Position numbers and translations under genes: made by a program. A DNA stretch of 62,333 nt, counting the filler, from Choristocarpus tenellus KU-1152 (Eukaryota; Protista; Phaeophyceae), in NCBI GenBank assembly GCA_964200185.2. It is 12 parts of 12 records of this genome, joined end to end, with 100 filler letters (N's around TTAATTAATTAA, not from the genome) between each part and the next. Parts side by side here need not be neighbours in the genome. Positions count along the whole stretch, not along the records: positions 58,344 to 62,333 come from CAXNAD020016776.1; 11 more parts are not named here. One strand, written 5' to 3'. Below the pieces are notes generated by a model that was not told the origin of the DNA, did not search any database, and saw only the letters and a program-made list of their open reading frames with translations. Shown here piece by piece: positions 61,783 through 62,333 of this stretch (position 1 is the stretch's first letter; each line of letters opens with the position of its first letter).

Positions 61783-62292
61783 CGGCTTCTTTGCCAGAAA
61801 GGGCGTGTTTGGTGCTCAAGAGATTCGAGAATTATTTTTTTTCGTTGGAGATTTTTTTCCGTGCACACGACACTTTTAAAAAAGAAAAAAATATGTAACC
61901 GTCAAGTCTTGTTTCCTTTCTTTTTTTTTCAACTCCATTCAATGGTCACAGGTCAGCTCAGTTCAAAAGAAAAAAAAATCAACTTTCATACGACACAAAC
62001 AAGGGCTGCCTGGCAAAACCTTTAAAAACCCTAACCCTAACAATAGTACCCCCAAGAAAGAAAAAAAAGAACGTAGACAGATACGCCTCGCATTGCCAAA
62101 AACATAAGTCCTCAAAGAGGTAAATATACCTTGGACAAAAAAAAGAAAGAAAACGAGTGAATGAATAAACAAAACAAAACAAAACAAAATGTTCCGCCTC
62201 GGACAATCGACCCTAACCCTTGAAAAATAAAAACAGAAGATATTCACTTAGAAAAAAAAAGTACACCCACCTAGCAATAGACGCACTCAAGT

Positions 62293-62333
<41 letters not shown>

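Noticed and set aside
1-62333. tRNA, rRNA or snRNA genes
   Set aside because: None recognised by eye; tRNAscan-SE and Infernal would be needed to exclude them.

Overview
This window is eukaryotic nuclear DNA from a fragmented draft assembly, not a prokaryotic locus. It holds 12 contigs of about 3-8.5 kb joined by 11 identical artificial 100-bp spacers (N44-TTAATTAATTAA-N44), so adjacency across spacers has no biological meaning. Intron-rich genes, long non-coding tails and scattered TTAGGG repeats suggest a brown alga or related stramenopile (inference only). Genes recognised by manual splicing: the C-terminus of a thaumatin/PR-5-like protein (missed by the ORF track), the 5' exons of AP-1 gamma-adaptin, the last exon of a GH1 beta-glucosidase, a complete 4-exon heat-shock factor, and three exons of a transportin-3/importin-13-like karyopherin. 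Four more spliced genes have no recognisable function. The non-coding fraction is rich in mobile DNA: three MITE subfamilies sharing one TIR core (CAAAGTATCT) with one nested insertion, a 60-bp hairpin element in TA-rich sites, decayed KDZ-like and piggyBac-like transposases, and several minisatellites. I found no convincing complete novel multi-gene system. The best leads are the MITE family, the hairpin element, an apparent excess of GC-AG introns and the KDZ-like remnant. All family calls come from motif recognition by eye, not database searches.
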